From Streptococcus sanguinis (GTDB lineage: Bacteria > Bacillota > Bacilli > Lactobacillales > Streptococcaceae): a stretch of DNA of 64,000 nucleotides. The position numbers and the translations under genes were made by a program. The notes under the pieces are model-generated. The model did no database searches. It saw only the letters and a program-made list of their open reading frames with translations, and was not told where the DNA came from. Location: the NCBI GenBank assembly GCA_963549775.1, contig CAUUZZ010000001.1, forward strand, positions 22,919 through 86,918. The letters run 5' to 3'. Shown here piece by piece: positions 62,990 through 64,000 of the stretch (its first letter is position 1; each line of letters begins with the position of its first letter).

Positions 62990-64000
62990 TCAAGTCAACT
63001 GATTAAAATCCCAGATCTGATCCATCCAGCCTTCATAGAAATCAGGCTCATGGCAGACCATAAGGATGCTTCCCTTGTATTCTTTCAGAGCTCGTTTGAG
63101 CTCTTCCTTGGCATCGACATCTAGGTGATTGGTCGGCTCATCCAGCACCAAAACATTATTTTCTCGGTTCATGAGGAGGCAAAGTCGAACCTTGGCCTGC
63201 TCTCCACCTGAAAGGACCTGGATCTGGCTCTCGATGTGCTTGGAAGTCAGGCCACATCTGGCCAGAGCTGCTCGGACTTCTGCTTGGTTAAGAGCCGGAA
63301 AGGCGTTCCAGACTGCTTCCAGCGGTGTCTGACGATTGCTGCCCTCTACTTCCTGCTCGAAATAACCCAGCTCTAGATAGTCCCCACGCTCGACTTGACC
63401 TGCGATAGGTGGGATAATCCCTAGCAAACTCTTGAGCAGGGTTGTTTTTCCAATCCCATTTGCCCCGATGATTGCCACCTTCTGATTGCGCTCAAAGGTC
63501 AGATTAAGAGGCTGGGTCAGCGGTCGGTCGTAACCAATCTGCAAATCCTTGGCTTGGAAGATAAAACGGCCAGGTGTGCGGGCAGTTTTGAAGTCAAAGA
63601 TAGGCTTTGGCTTCTCACTTTGTAGTTCAATAATGTCCATCTTATCCAGCTTTTTCTGGCGGGACATGGCCATATTACGAGTTGCCACACGGGCTTTATT
63701 ACGAGCTACAAAGTCTTTGAGGTCCGCAATTTCTTTCTGCTGCCGCTCGTAGGCCGCTTCCAGCTGAGATTTTTTCATCTCATAGACCTCTAAGAACTGG
63801 TAATAATCACCAGAATAACGAGTCAAGTGTTGATTTTCCACATGATAGACGATATTAATGACGTCATTCAGGAAAGGAATATCATGCGAGATCAGAACAA
63901 AGGCATTTTCATAGTTCTGTAGATAACGCTTGAGCCAGTCAATGTGCTCAGCATCCAGATAGTTGGTTGGCTCGTCCAAGAGCAGGATATCTGGTTTTTC
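62990..64000 (-). CDS. ABC-F family ATPase (3' part; starts beyond the window)
   Basis: Two ABC domains, DEPTNYLD and DEPTNHLD, no TM. Confidence 0.93.
   Translation of the reverse strand, partial: EKPDILLLDEPTNYLDAEHIDWLKRYLQNYENAFVLISHDIPFLNDVINIVYHVENQHLTRYSGDYYQFLEVYEMKKSQLEAAYERQQKEIADLKDFVARNKARVATRNMAMSRQKKLDKMDIIELQSEKPKPIFDFKTARTPGRFIFQAKDLQIGYDRPLTQPLNLTFERNQKVAIIGANGIGKTTLLKSLLGIIPPIAGQVERGDYLELGYFEQEVEGSNRQTPLEAVWNAFPALNQAEVRAALARCGLTSKHIESQIQVLSGGEQAKVRLCLLMNRENNVLVLDEPTNHLDVDAKEELKRALKEYKGSILMVCHEPDFYEGWMDQIWDFNQLT

Noticed and set aside
1..64000. CRISPR array, IS or transposase, prophage, rRNA
   Set aside because: I saw no regularly spaced repeats, transposase, integrase or phage ORFs, or rRNA-like sequence.

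Overview
This is a streptococcal chromosomal segment. Gene order and content suggest a sanguinis/mitis-group oral Streptococcus, which is an inference. Most of it is conserved core: rnc, vicRKX, a GlnR-boxed amino-acid ABC operon, T-box thrS, glycolipid glycosyltransferases, ccpA/pepQ, smpB-rnr-secG-rpmG-pmrA-coaE-mutM-era-dgkA-ybeY, tRNA-Thr, ald, phoH, frr-pyrH, rplKA and ftsK. Accessory blocks are interspersed: a MerR regulator whose divergent CMD-family target is a triple-nonsense pseudogene; an iron-complex ABC importer with an esterase beside a SifR-like Rrf2/catE module carrying a ywnB deletion scar; and a cluster of four exported or membrane peptidases. The most unusual structure is an AT-rich array of divergent membrane-anchored paralogues just downstream of smpB. 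The two genes are separated by a decayed copy of the smpB 3' end plus its downstream leader. One paralogue is frameshifted in an A8 tract, and adding one A restores a 327-aa protein, the same length as its neighbour. I found no IS, integrase, prophage, CRISPR array or rRNA. All product calls come from motif and family recognition without database searches.
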